The position numbers and the translations under genes were made by a program. The notes beneath the pieces are model-generated. The model saw nothing but the letters and a program-made list of their open reading frames with translations. It was not told where the DNA came from and did no database searches. This document shows, piece by piece, positions 8,438-17,162 of a stretch of 43,821 bases of DNA (positions are counted from its first letter, which is position 1; the number at the start of each line of letters is the position of its first letter). This stretch comes from Escherichia phage VerenaMeyer_Bas76, in the sequence record PQ850632.1; one strand, 5' to 3'.

Positions 8438-8440
8438 TTT

Positions 8441-8953
8441 ATGCCGCTAATCGTGGAAACTGGGGTGATCGTCCCAAATGCCGACAGTTACATTAGTCTG
8501 GCTGACGCCCGCGCGTTAGCGGCTAATTATGGCCTTGAACTACCGGCAGACGATACCGCTGCAGAGGTGGCCTTGCGCAACGGTGCTACTTATGTCGGGC
8601 TTGCAGAACCGCAGATGTGCGGTCGTCGTGTATCCGCTGAACAGTCTCTGGCGTATCCTCGCACTGGCGTTACGTTAAACGGGTTCCCTGTCGCGAACAA
8701 TGTAATCCCGAAACAGGTTATTCTTGCGCAGGTAATCGCTGCCGCTACATATGGCGAGGGCACCGAAGTCCGGGCTAACTCAGACGGTCGCGCCGTGCAG
8801 ACTGAGCGTGTCGAGGGTGCGGTAACAGTGACCTACTTCAACAATGGCAACAGTGGCGCTACGACAGCGATTACCGCTGCTGACGACGCTTTACGCCCGT
8901 TATTGTGTGGCGGTCTTAACAATGGTTTCTCGTTTAACGTGTACCGGGGTTAA
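8441..8953 (+). CDS. head-tail connector / adaptor protein (putative)
   Basis: 170 aa. Position after the capsid genes and a composition resembling gp6-like connector proteins. Confidence 0.45.
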   Translation: MPLIVETGVIVPNADSYISLADARALAANYGLELPADDTAAEVALRNGATYVGLAEPQMCGRRVSAEQSLAYPRTGVTLNGFPVANNVIPKQVILAQVIAAATYGEGTEVRANSDGRAVQTERVEGAVTVTYFNNGNSGATTAITAADDALRPLLCGGLNNGFSFNVYRG

Positions 8954-8955
8954 AA

Positions 8956-9570
8956 ATGGCGAAGACTAAATCAGAGATATTCACGCTAATCGGTTCCGAG
9001 CTACCGGACAACACGACCGGACTTATTACGCCTGCGAAGTTGCGCGGGGTATTAACCCAGATGGCTGACTCACCTATTTACGCCACTCCGGGTGTTAAAG
9101 AGGTTGAAGTTCTCCGCGCTGCGTCGACAGTAGCGCAAGCGCCTACCGCAGTAGATACGGCGTTGCAGGTATCGTTCGGCTCTGCTCAGGGTAGTGCATC
9201 TGACCCGGTAATGATTAATGCTGCGGGGCTGGTTACATTCAACACCGCGGGTAACTACGCCGTTCGCATCAAGTTACAGGCGGGGCGCACAGGGGTCAGC
9301 GGCACGTCCATCCTGTTACCGCGCATTCTTCTTAACGGAGCTCAATACGGCTCACCAGCTGCCACGAAACTGGTAAGCGCCGATGTAACAATCCCGATTG
9401 AATCCCGCGTCGTTATTAACCCGACCGCAGGCCAGACGTTTGCCGTTCAGATTATGCGGGATAGCGCCGGGAGTAACTTCGGCGGCGTATACCCGCAAGC
9501 GGCTACGGTAACTGCATGGGGCACAGCACCATCTGCGCTACTGGTTATTTCGAGACTGGAGGCTGCGTAA
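8956..9570 (+). CDS. virion structural protein (unassigned)
   Basis: 204 aa, tightly packed in the head-tail joining region. No diagnostic motif recognised. Confidence 0.4.
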   Translation: MAKTKSEIFTLIGSELPDNTTGLITPAKLRGVLTQMADSPIYATPGVKEVEVLRAASTVAQAPTAVDTALQVSFGSAQGSASDPVMINAAGLVTFNTAGNYAVRIKLQAGRTGVSGTSILLPRILLNGAQYGSPAATKLVSADVTIPIESRVVINPTAGQTFAVQIMRDSAGSNFGGVYPQAATVTAWGTAPSALLVISRLEAA

Positions 9571-9701
9571 TGCGTAAAATAATTAATATGTGGATTAACT
9601 CTGATTTTTTGTGGAAGTACGAATTTTTGGTATCAGTGTTTGCGCTGGTATCAACAACAGCTCTAATTATATTTTTAGCGGTTTGCGGGGAGTCAACATG
9701 A
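9570..9701 (+). CDS. small hydrophobic membrane peptide (43 aa) in AT-rich insert
   Basis: ATG 9570 overlaps the upstream stop (TAATG) and is preceded by GGAGG. Encodes MRKIINMWINSDFLWKYEFLVSVFALVSTTALIIFLAVCGEST with one transmembrane segment. Local AT-richness contrasts with neighbouring genes. Stop overlaps the next start (ATGA). Confidence 0.4.
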   Translation: MRKIINMWINSDFLWKYEFLVSVFALVSTTALIIFLAVCGEST

Positions 9702-10057
9702 GCACCGCTTTCAGCAAACGTATGCAGGGCGTGGGTACACGCCTGCTAACCAAATTCGGTAGCACGGTAGCTCTGGTTCGCGCTGGCTCGAAAGTGTGGG
9801 ATGAAGTTCTCGGTGAATACGTCTGGTCTGCGGATGAAGCGCTGCCGTTGAAGGCCGTTCCGGTTCCGGTAAACGCTGGGCTGGTAAACGGTACGACGAT
9901 TCAGGCTGGCGACATGATTGTTAAAGCGGATTGTAGTGTCGTTCCGAAGATGGAAGACAAGGTACAATTCGGCGGCGAGCAATGGTCGGTCGTAGCCATT
10001 GAGAAGAAGATGGTTAACGATGATGTCGTGGCATATTTTATTCAGGTGAGAAAATGA
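9698..10057 (+). CDS. head-tail joining protein (putative)
   Basis: ATG 9698 after GGGGAG; about 119 aa. Position between connector and neck genes. The ORF-track start at 9611 is probably too far upstream. Confidence 0.4.
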   Translation: MSTAFSKRMQGVGTRLLTKFGSTVALVRAGSKVWDEVLGEYVWSADEALPLKAVPVPVNAGLVNGTTIQAGDMIVKADCSVVPKMEDKVQFGGEQWSVVAIEKKMVNDDVVAYFIQVRK

Positions 10058-10554
10058 GTTTCGCGCTTGATGTCTCTAAGTTCGTGGAAAAGGCGAAGAA
10101 GAACCCCGAGAAGGTGATGCGTCAGGTGTCTATCAAGCTGTTTTCCGCTATTATAAAGGCGAGTCCGGTAGATACAGGCCGGTTCCGAATGAACTGGATG
10201 GCCTCTGGCAGTACCCCCGCTTCCGGTACAAGCCGCGGTACTGACCCTAGCGGGGCGAACGCGATAAGCGCTATGGTTTCTGCGGTGTCAGGTTTACCCG
10301 ACTGGAGCGAGTTTACCCTGACAAATAACCTGCCGTATGCGGAAGTTATAGAGTTCGGGGGTTACGCTACTGGCTTCCACGGCCCTAAGCGCCCTTCTAA
10401 CTTAGGCTCTAAATTTGTTGGCCCATTGAGGCCGAAAGCGCCCAGCAGAACAACCACAGACGGATATTCCCTTCAGGCTCCGCAAGGTGTTGTCCGGGTT
10501 AACGTTCAGCGATTCAATAAACTGCTCGAAGAAGAAGCGAGGAAGTATAAATAA
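10054..10554 (+). CDS. neck/tail component, HK97 gp10-like
   Basis: 166 aa. Motif PVDTGRFRMNW is typical of the HK97 gp10 tail-component family. Confidence 0.55.
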   Translation: MSFALDVSKFVEKAKKNPEKVMRQVSIKLFSAIIKASPVDTGRFRMNWMASGSTPASGTSRGTDPSGANAISAMVSAVSGLPDWSEFTLTNNLPYAEVIEFGGYATGFHGPKRPSNLGSKFVGPLRPKAPSRTTTDGYSLQAPQGVVRVNVQRFNKLLEEEARKYK

Positions 10555-10967
10555 TGGGCTACTTTGAGGACTTAACAAAAGCGTTCGATGTTCCGCTGGT
10601 AGCCTTCGGAACCGCCAACGGCATCAAGGTTGCGCTTGAAAACATCGACGCGCCGACGTCAACCGATACGCCGTATCTGGCGAGTTACATGCTACTGGCA
10701 GATACCGAGCAGGCGGATTTGTTCTTCACTGAGCAACGCTCTGGTATTTATCAGGTAGACATTAACTACGCATCGGTGAAAGGTAGCGCGCCAATCAATA
10801 AAATGGCAGACTTACTTAACACGGCGTTTAAAGCAGGTAAGTCATTTTCGCGTAACGACATCTGCGCCGAGGTTCAATCGGTTAGCCTGGGGCCGCTGAT
10901 TGTAGAAAACGGATGGGCCAAACGACCATTGTCAATTAACTTTATTGCATTCACCAAGAGGCTGTGA
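10554..10967 (+). CDS. tail terminator / tail completion protein (putative)
   Basis: 137 aa, ATGA-coupled to the gp10-like gene and precedes the major tail gene. Confidence 0.4.
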   Translation: MGYFEDLTKAFDVPLVAFGTANGIKVALENIDAPTSTDTPYLASYMLLADTEQADLFFTEQRSGIYQVDINYASVKGSAPINKMADLLNTAFKAGKSFSRNDICAEVQSVSLGPLIVENGWAKRPLSINFIAFTKRL

Positions 10968-12136
10968 ATATGGCTACAACTCCTTTTAAGGGCGCGAATA
11001 CCGCGCAATTCTATGTGGCGGAAACTACCCCTGGCGTAACACCGACTAACCCGGTATGGTCGCCGTTGCGTAACACGGGCGGCGTTCCCGCTGTAACCCG
11101 CGATGCACTGACTTCCAACGAACTGGACGGCAGCCGTGAAACTACATCCATCCGAACCGGTAACAAGCAGGTTAGCGGGGAGTATGCCATCGAACTTAGC
11201 TCTCGTAGCCAGGATGATTTCCTTGCGGGAGCGATGACTTCTACGTGGCAAGCTGGGGTAGAGATTACTGGCGCCGAAATTACGGTCGCCCCAGCAGGTA
11301 AAACATTCACCCGCGCTGCCGGTAGCTTCATTACTGACGGTGTAGAAGTTGGCGACCTTATTGCGTTCACCGACTTAACCGGCGACAACGCAAAACCGTT
11401 TATCGTGACCGCGGTTTCCGCTCTGGTAGTTACGGGCGCAGGTATTCAGCACACGCTGACAGCAGAGACAGTAACCACTGACGCAAAAACTGGCGACAAG
11501 CTGGAAACCGGTAACGCGTGTAAGACGTTCTCCATCCTGACGTGGTTCAAGGGCCAGTGTGGTAACCCGGACGCGTACATGCTGACCAAAGGTGTGGAAA
11601 TCTCTGGCTTTACCGTAGAGCAGGCGGTTAACGCCATGGTCACCGGCAGCTTCCCGTTCATCGGCCTGAGTCAGGAGATTCTTACCGCGCCGCCGTCTGG
11701 CTCTGATTTCTCTCAGGTTACGTTCACCGATGAGCCGTTCTCGTCGGTAGATGTGTCGGTGTTCGATGGCTCCACGCCGTTGCGTTGCGATACTCTCACC
11801 ATCACCAACGACAACGGAGCTTCCGCGCAGTTCGAACTCGGTAACAGTAGCGTGGCGTTCGTCGAACGTGGACGCGCAGCTAACACATTCTCTATCTCTG
11901 GCAAGCTGTACGACATGGCGATGATTCAGAAGTTTATCAACGAGCAGCAGGTAGAGATTAACTCTATTCTGGCAGGGGTAAACGGGGCTATGTCTTTCAG
12001 TTTGAAACGTGCAGAGCTTACGGCGGTTACACCTGAGATTGGTGGGCCTGAGTCAATCACTCAGTCCATTGAAGGCCAGGCTACCGGCAATCAGTACCAG
12101 TCGTCTATCGTAATTCAACGTATCACCTACGCATAA
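10964..12136 (+). CDS. major tail (tube) protein (putative)
   Basis: 390 aa, last gene before the tail chaperone and tape measure set. Ser/Thr/Gly-rich. Confidence 0.5.
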   Translation: MNMATTPFKGANTAQFYVAETTPGVTPTNPVWSPLRNTGGVPAVTRDALTSNELDGSRETTSIRTGNKQVSGEYAIELSSRSQDDFLAGAMTSTWQAGVEITGAEITVAPAGKTFTRAAGSFITDGVEVGDLIAFTDLTGDNAKPFIVTAVSALVVTGAGIQHTLTAETVTTDAKTGDKLETGNACKTFSILTWFKGQCGNPDAYMLTKGVEISGFTVEQAVNAMVTGSFPFIGLSQEILTAPPSGSDFSQVTFTDEPFSSVDVSVFDGSTPLRCDTLTITNDNGASAQFELGNSSVAFVERGRAANTFSISGKLYDMAMIQKFINEQQVEINSILAGVNGAMSFSLKRAELTAVTPEIGGPESITQSIEGQATGNQYQSSIVIQRITYA

Positions 12137-12137
12137 A

Positions 12138-12166
12138 ACTAAGGCCCCTTTCGGGGCCTTTTTCTC
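12138..12166. terminator. bidirectional intrinsic terminator (AAGGCCCC-TTTC-GGGGCCTT)
   Basis: Hairpin with TTTTTC on the plus side, sitting between convergent genes 10964..12136(+) and 12165..12395(-). Same family as 4881 and 24196. Confidence 0.65.
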
Positions 12167-12395
12167 ACTCATCAATATTACTTCGATACTCCCGTAACTT
12201 CTCCAGACTTTCAATTGCTTCTGCTAAGTCGGTTCCGGTGTCCTTATGCCCGCGAAGACCCATGCACAATAACTTCTTCAATGCGTGCTGTAGTGCGGGG
12301 TCACGGATGTCGAAGGCACGGAGAACATCGTAAACGTCTACGGTCATAGTGCTGCCGTGAGTGTTTGTCATTGTTCGGTTGTATTTTGAAGTCAT
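12165..12395 (-). CDS. hypothetical protein (76 aa), last gene of the opposite-strand cassette
   Basis: Start overlaps the upstream stop (ATGA coupling with 12392..13522). No recognisable domain. Confidence 0.45.
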   Translation of the reverse strand: MTSKYNRTMTNTHGSTMTVDVYDVLRAFDIRDPALQHALKKLLCMGLRGHKDTGTDLAEAIESLEKLREYRSNIDE

Positions 12396-13522
12396 CCCAG
12401 CATCTCCGGTGAAATAGTTAAACGTGCGACCTCGCCATATTCGGCGCTATAAGTAATTACATTTGCACTACGGCCTGACATCCACCCGCCGCGGGAGGCA
12501 TAGGCGTCTTTAGCCGCTAAGGTGCGGTGTTGCTCAACAATCATGTTACGGCTTTCTACAATCTTCTGGTGGTGCAGGTGGCCTACGTGGGCGTAGCTAT
12601 AGACACTCTCACCGAACGCTTTGCGGAATTTGGCAATCATAACCGGTTCGATAGCATCGAATCGCGCCTTATGCCCGTGGTGAAAGAACAACGTCGTTTT
12701 TCCGTGTTGCACCATCTTGTAAACATCCGGCGACGTATCGACAATCACTCGGCTGTCGTTCGAATATAAAACTGTGAACATTTCAGCCAGCCATACAGAG
12801 CCTACAGGGTCATGGTTCCCCTGTACGATAAGCAAGCGAACATTTTTATGTTTAACCAGTGCCATATCTACAACACGGCGTACCATACGAATCATGTAGC
12901 GGACGAGTTTCTGGTAGCGAGTGTCTGCGTCCAACACGTGACGCGACTCGGGTGTAACGGCATCCAGACTATCGAAGTGCGCGAAATCACCCAGCAGGTT
13001 AATAACTCCTGTTCCTGCATCCGGTGCTTTCTGAAACGCCGCGTCGAACCAACGAGAGAACAGGTCTTCCGCAATCTTTATATCCCAGTCGTCGCCGCTC
13101 TCGTCGGCCCAGGCAAGCATACCGAGATGGAAATCAGATACCGTGTAAAGATTGAGTAGCTTGTCGTCGCGTTTGGCTCGAGTCGCTTTAGCCGGCGCAA
13201 CTGGCGTAATCTCTGACTTCATGCCTTCAATCACGGCTTTCATCAACTCGACCTGACGTTCAGCGTCGGTGTCTGTCTTAACCCATTGCAACTTAGTATT
13301 GCCGAACTCGTCTACCAGAGACGACGTCCCTTTAATCTTGTAGCCGTCTGGGACAAGGTGGCTAACGTCACGCCCGTGGCCTACACCTTTCTTAGCCAGC
13401 TTCGCTTTACGGATACGAATAACTCGGTCTGAGATGCCGTATTTACGGGCGATGTCTACATTCTTCATCCCGGCGTTCAATTCTTCCTGTAACTGTTCGT
13501 CGGTTATTTTCTTCTGGGCCAT
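12392..13522 (-). CDS. HTH-domain protein fused to calcineurin-like metallophosphoesterase
   Basis: 376 aa. N-terminal HTH (VDIARKYGISDRVIRIRKAKL). Ordered metallophosphatase motifs: SDFHLG, GDFAHFD, GNHD, HHGH, GHLHH. Confidence 0.7.
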   Translation of the reverse strand: MAQKKITDEQLQEELNAGMKNVDIARKYGISDRVIRIRKAKLAKKGVGHGRDVSHLVPDGYKIKGTSSLVDEFGNTKLQWVKTDTDAERQVELMKAVIEGMKSEITPVAPAKATRAKRDDKLLNLYTVSDFHLGMLAWADESGDDWDIKIAEDLFSRWFDAAFQKAPDAGTGVINLLGDFAHFDSLDAVTPESRHVLDADTRYQKLVRYMIRMVRRVVDMALVKHKNVRLLIVQGNHDPVGSVWLAEMFTVLYSNDSRVIVDTSPDVYKMVQHGKTTLFFHHGHKARFDAIEPVMIAKFRKAFGESVYSYAHVGHLHHQKIVESRNMIVEQHRTLAAKDAYASRGGWMSGRSANVITYSAEYGEVARLTISPEMLG

Positions 13523-13587
13523 GCTTACTTCCTCGTGTTTAGGATTTGTCCTATTTAACCACAGTGGATTCCTTTAAATAAAGGCAA

Positions 13588-13914
13588 CTATTTACTTTCT
13601 GCGCCTATCGCCCACCCTGTCATTACCATTTGCAGACGGGTGGCTGTCAGTAGGCTATAGAAAGCATCTCCGTTTTTCTCTACCGAACGTATCACTGTGT
13701 AGGTTACGGCCTGCGGGGGTAGGCCCGATTTACCGACATCTACGGCGGCCTCGCATTCACGGACTGTGGAGTCCTTAAATGCCTTTACAATAGTAGGGTC
13801 GGCTTTATCAAGCACACCAGAAGTCATAAGAACAGATTCACTAAATACCTGTTCGCACGGGGCTCCAAAAGTAGCAAAAGACATAAAACCCAGAGCTAGT
13901 ACTAATTTACGCAT
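13588..13914 (-). CDS. secreted/periplasmic small protein with signal peptide (108 aa)
   Basis: N-terminus MRKLVLALGFMSFATFGA is a classic signal peptide. ATG preceded by GAGGAA. First gene downstream of promoter copy 2. Confidence 0.55.
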   Translation of the reverse strand: MRKLVLALGFMSFATFGAPCEQVFSESVLMTSGVLDKADPTIVKAFKDSTVRECEAAVDVGKSGLPPQAVTYTVIRSVEKNGDAFYSLLTATRLQMVMTGWAIGAESK

Positions 13915-13942
13915 AATTATTTCCTCAGTAAGTTACATGTGA

Positions 13943-13971
13943 ATAGTACCCTATTATATTGGGGTGTGCAA
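13943..13971 (-). promoter_or_regulatory. sigma70-type promoter TTGCAC-N17-TACTAT (early promoter family copy 2)
   Basis: Minus-strand reading TTGCACACCCCAATATAATAGGGTACTATTCA, identical over about 30 nt to the copy at 5139..5167. Confidence 0.55.
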
Positions 13972-14078
13972 GTAGTGTGCTAGAATAAGTTTGCGCCTAG
14001 TGTCGCACACGAAAAGCGGGTGGTTCCCGCCTGGCGCATTAACCATAACCAGTAACCTCTTAACCAAAGGACTAAAGA

Positions 14079-14495
14079 ATGAAACTTTCTGATTTCTATT
14101 TTGCCGACCGCCACGCCGCCGGTACTAAAATGCCTATCCTTCTGCCCAGTGGTAAAGATTCCGGTGAATGGTTGCAGGTCATCGGCCCCGATTGTGACGC
14201 TGGTGTTCGTGCGGGCCGTGCCTACACAACGGCAATTCGACGCCTTACGGAAGAACTTGCGCCATTAGATAAAGAGTGCGAGGCGCTGAATAACTGGGCG
14301 CGCTATAATGATGAGAAGGGCTGGCGGGTGATGGACCTGAACAAGCAGCTTGCCGTGGAAATCGTCACCGGTTGGTCATTCGACGAACCATTCAGCAAAG
14401 AGGCGCTTGCTAACCTGTTCGACCAGTACAGTGGGTTGGCAGAGGCCGTAGTTAAGCATCACACCGATAGCCGCGAGAAACTCTCGGAAAAGTAA
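14079..14495 (+). CDS. tail assembly chaperone (G-like)
   Basis: 138 aa, immediately upstream of the tape measure gene. The -1 frame stays open from about 14480 to 14857, allowing a G-T style fusion. Confidence 0.6.
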   Translation: MKLSDFYFADRHAAGTKMPILLPSGKDSGEWLQVIGPDCDAGVRAGRAYTTAIRRLTEELAPLDKECEALNNWARYNDEKGWRVMDLNKQLAVEIVTGWSFDEPFSKEALANLFDQYSGLAEAVVKHHTDSREKLSEK

Positions 14496-14857
14496 AAGCG
14501 CTGTATGAATTTGCGCAATGGTGCTTTGTCGACCGCCACAAACGTAAGCAATTCGACGACATCGCGGCGGGCCACCAGGCGGCTTTGATTGCAATGGGCG
14601 TGATTAAAGAACCGCAGATGAAAGAAGCGACGGGGCCGGAATGCCCCGTTTCTCTTATCGACGTGTTCGAGAAATACCGTGCCATTAAATTCCTACAGCG
14701 CGAAACAGATGATACTATCGTTATAATCCCGCGCGATGCGCTCAAATGGCAAGATTTGGTAGCGTTTCGTGATGTCGCCGGTTACGGCATAAGTTTGTTC
14801 GAAGCCGAGGTTATCATGGGCTTAGACGGAATATTTGAGGGCAGAGAAGATGGCTGA
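14486..14857 (+). other. putative -1 programmed frameshift extension (T part of a G-T fusion)
   Basis: Sequence GGAAAAGTAA at the end of the G-like ORF. The -1 frame has no stop from about 14480 to 14857 and ends overlapping the tape measure start. The heptamer is not the canonical X_XXY_YYZ, so the shift site is uncertain. Confidence 0.4.
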
Positions 14858-17162
14858 TACGGCTTCCCTAATTGCCAGAGTAAAAACAGAAGGCGCTGAT
14901 GTAGCCGCTAAACAGCTTGACGCTATGGCGGCATCCGCAGACCGTGCGGACACATCCGTAAACAAACTAACGCCGGATGTTAATAAAGTAAACTCCGCTA
15001 CGTCTAAAGCGGCTTCTGACGGTTTCGCTAAATTCCGTAACGCCGCCGGGCAGGTAGGCTTCCAGGTGCAGGACATGGTCGTCCAGTTGCAGTCCGGCAC
15101 GTCTGCATTCGTAGCAATCGGGCAACAAGGCTCTCAGCTTGCGGGTGCTTTCGGCCCTGGTGGTGCGGTGCTTGGGGCTGTAATTGCTCTTGCGTCAGCT
15201 ATCGGTGGCGTCTTGTACAAATCGCTAACAGAGGCGGAGGGGAGTTCAAAAGACCTCGAAGCCGCGCAGAAACAGTTAAAAGACACCTTCCAGCAAACAG
15301 CATCCGGCTCTCTCGAACTGACAGACGGCCTTATCCAGCTTACCCAAATCAGCCGAGAAGCGGCGGAGACTCAGCTCGCTCTGGCTAAGGCTAACGCAGA
15401 CCTTATCGCGCAGCAAACAGCTAAAGCCGTTCGAGAGGACGCAGAATCATGGGAGACATGGAAAGCCTCCACAGCATCGGCTATTAGCCAGTATGATGCG
15501 CTGGTTTCTAAGGGTGCTGATGTAGGCGACACGTTAGAAAAACTCGGTGGCACTTACGAGGGTAATATCGTAGGCGTCAACATGCTGGCACAGAATATAG
15601 CAGAGCTTAGTAGTAAGTTCGGGGTTAACCGTGACCAGGCGCTGGAGATGATAGCGGCACAGAGCGCGTTTAATAAAGAGCCGACCGCTGAGAATGCCCG
15701 CCGCATCGCCGATGTGTTTACCGACTGGCTTGGTAACACTAAGCAGTTGAACCCGGAACTTATCCGCCTGACAGACAACGCCAACAAAAACGCCACGGCG
15801 CTGGAAAACGCAGAGAAGTCGGCAAACGCGGCGGCGGAGGCTCAAAAGAACCTCGGTCGTAACGTTAACTCAACCACGCAGAGATTCCAGGAACAGAACG
15901 AAGCTATCGTCAAGAATCAGCAAATCGCCATCTTAAGCGACCGTGAGCGTATCAGGGCACAAGCTGAACTGGATAAGCAGGCGTTCGCTAAACGTGAAGC
16001 TGTCACCAAAGAACAGATAGCCGCGTATAACGCTGCCCGTGACGCGGAAGCGCAGCAAGACATAGCTCGCATTGACAAGACCGAGAAAGAGAAGGCAGAC
16101 CGCGAGGCTAAATCGAACGAGAAACGTCTGGCGGCGCAGGCCAAACGCGAAGAAACGGCGGCGCAACGTCAGAAAAAAGCGGCGGAAGATTTCCTCGCTA
16201 CTGTCGACCGAACAACCGGAGACGAAATTTCTCGCATCACGGCGGCAGAAGAGCAGAAACTGGCGAAACTTGAAGAGTTTAACCGCGCCGGAACAATAAG
16301 CCAGCAGCAGTACGAAAACGCCAAAACGCAGATTATGCTCACCGCCGAGCAGGCCCGACAGGAAGAACTGGATAAGAAAAGAAAAGAAGCCCAGGAAAAG
16401 CAGCAGAAAGGCGACGACTTCATGGCACAGATTATGGGCCAGAACGCTACTGAGCTTGAGCTTCTCGACATCCAGGAACAGCAGAAGCTGGCGGTCGCGG
16501 ATAAGTATCGAGAGCAGGGGCTTATTAACGAGGAACAGTATCAGGCGGCACTTAACGCTATAAATGAGCAGTATGCTACGAAGCGCGCCGACGCTTTAGG
16601 TAATTCTTTCGGTGACATGGCGGCTAATGCTAAAACAGCATTTGGCGAGGCGTCCACCGCGTATAAAGCGTTTGCTATCGCACAGGCAACTATCGCCACG
16701 TACACATCGGCTATCGAGGCATATAAGTCAACGGCTGCCATCCCTGTTGTCGGCCCATTCCTGGCGCCGGTTGCTGCGGCTACTGCCGTTGCCGCGGGGC
16801 TGGCTAATATCGCCAAAATCCGCTCGGCGCGTGAGCAGGGCGGGCAGTTATCCGCCGGGCAGGCTTCTACTATCGCAGAACGCGGTAAACCAGAAGTTAT
16901 TATGCCTGCTGGTGCATCGCGAGTACGCACTGCACAGCAGATGAAAGAAATTATGGGGCAAAACGGGTCTTCTTCCGGCCCATCTAATGTTACCATCGTA
17001 AACAACACGAGTTCTCAAATCGGCAACGTATCCACTGAGCAAGATGATGAAGGCCGTTTGCGTATCATCATAGAAGAGCAAGTTGCTGCATCTTTGCAGA
17101 ACAGCAACAGCAAGATTAGCAAGGCCCGCAAAGCCACAAGAAATGCGCCGGGGTTTAAATAA
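14850..17162 (+). CDS. tail tape measure protein
   Basis: About 770 aa. Long Ala/Gln/Glu/Lys-rich coiled-coil, hydrophobic Gly/Ala-rich segments near the C-terminal third, located after the chaperones. ATG 14850 preferred over TTG 14835. Confidence 0.85.
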   Translation: MADTASLIARVKTEGADVAAKQLDAMAASADRADTSVNKLTPDVNKVNSATSKAASDGFAKFRNAAGQVGFQVQDMVVQLQSGTSAFVAIGQQGSQLAGAFGPGGAVLGAVIALASAIGGVLYKSLTEAEGSSKDLEAAQKQLKDTFQQTASGSLELTDGLIQLTQISREAAETQLALAKANADLIAQQTAKAVREDAESWETWKASTASAISQYDALVSKGADVGDTLEKLGGTYEGNIVGVNMLAQNIAELSSKFGVNRDQALEMIAAQSAFNKEPTAENARRIADVFTDWLGNTKQLNPELIRLTDNANKNATALENAEKSANAAAEAQKNLGRNVNSTTQRFQEQNEAIVKNQQIAILSDRERIRAQAELDKQAFAKREAVTKEQIAAYNAARDAEAQQDIARIDKTEKEKADREAKSNEKRLAAQAKREETAAQRQKKAAEDFLATVDRTTGDEISRITAAEEQKLAKLEEFNRAGTISQQQYENAKTQIMLTAEQARQEELDKKRKEAQEKQQKGDDFMAQIMGQNATELELLDIQEQQKLAVADKYREQGLINEEQYQAALNAINEQYATKRADALGNSFGDMAANAKTAFGEASTAYKAFAIAQATIATYTSAIEAYKSTAAIPVVGPFLAPVAAATAVAAGLANIAKIRSAREQGGQLSAGQASTIAERGKPEVIMPAGASRVRTAQQMKEIMGQNGSSSGPSNVTIVNNTSSQIGNVSTEQDDEGRLRIIIEEQVAASLQNSNSKISKARKATRNAPGFK

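Noticed and set aside
9516-9569. Upstream extension of the small membrane ORF to 9516, and upstream extension of the next ORF to 9611
   Set aside because: The extensions overlap the preceding gene without ribosome-binding sites. ATG 9570 and ATG 9698 each have good Shine-Dalgarno spacing and start/stop coupling.
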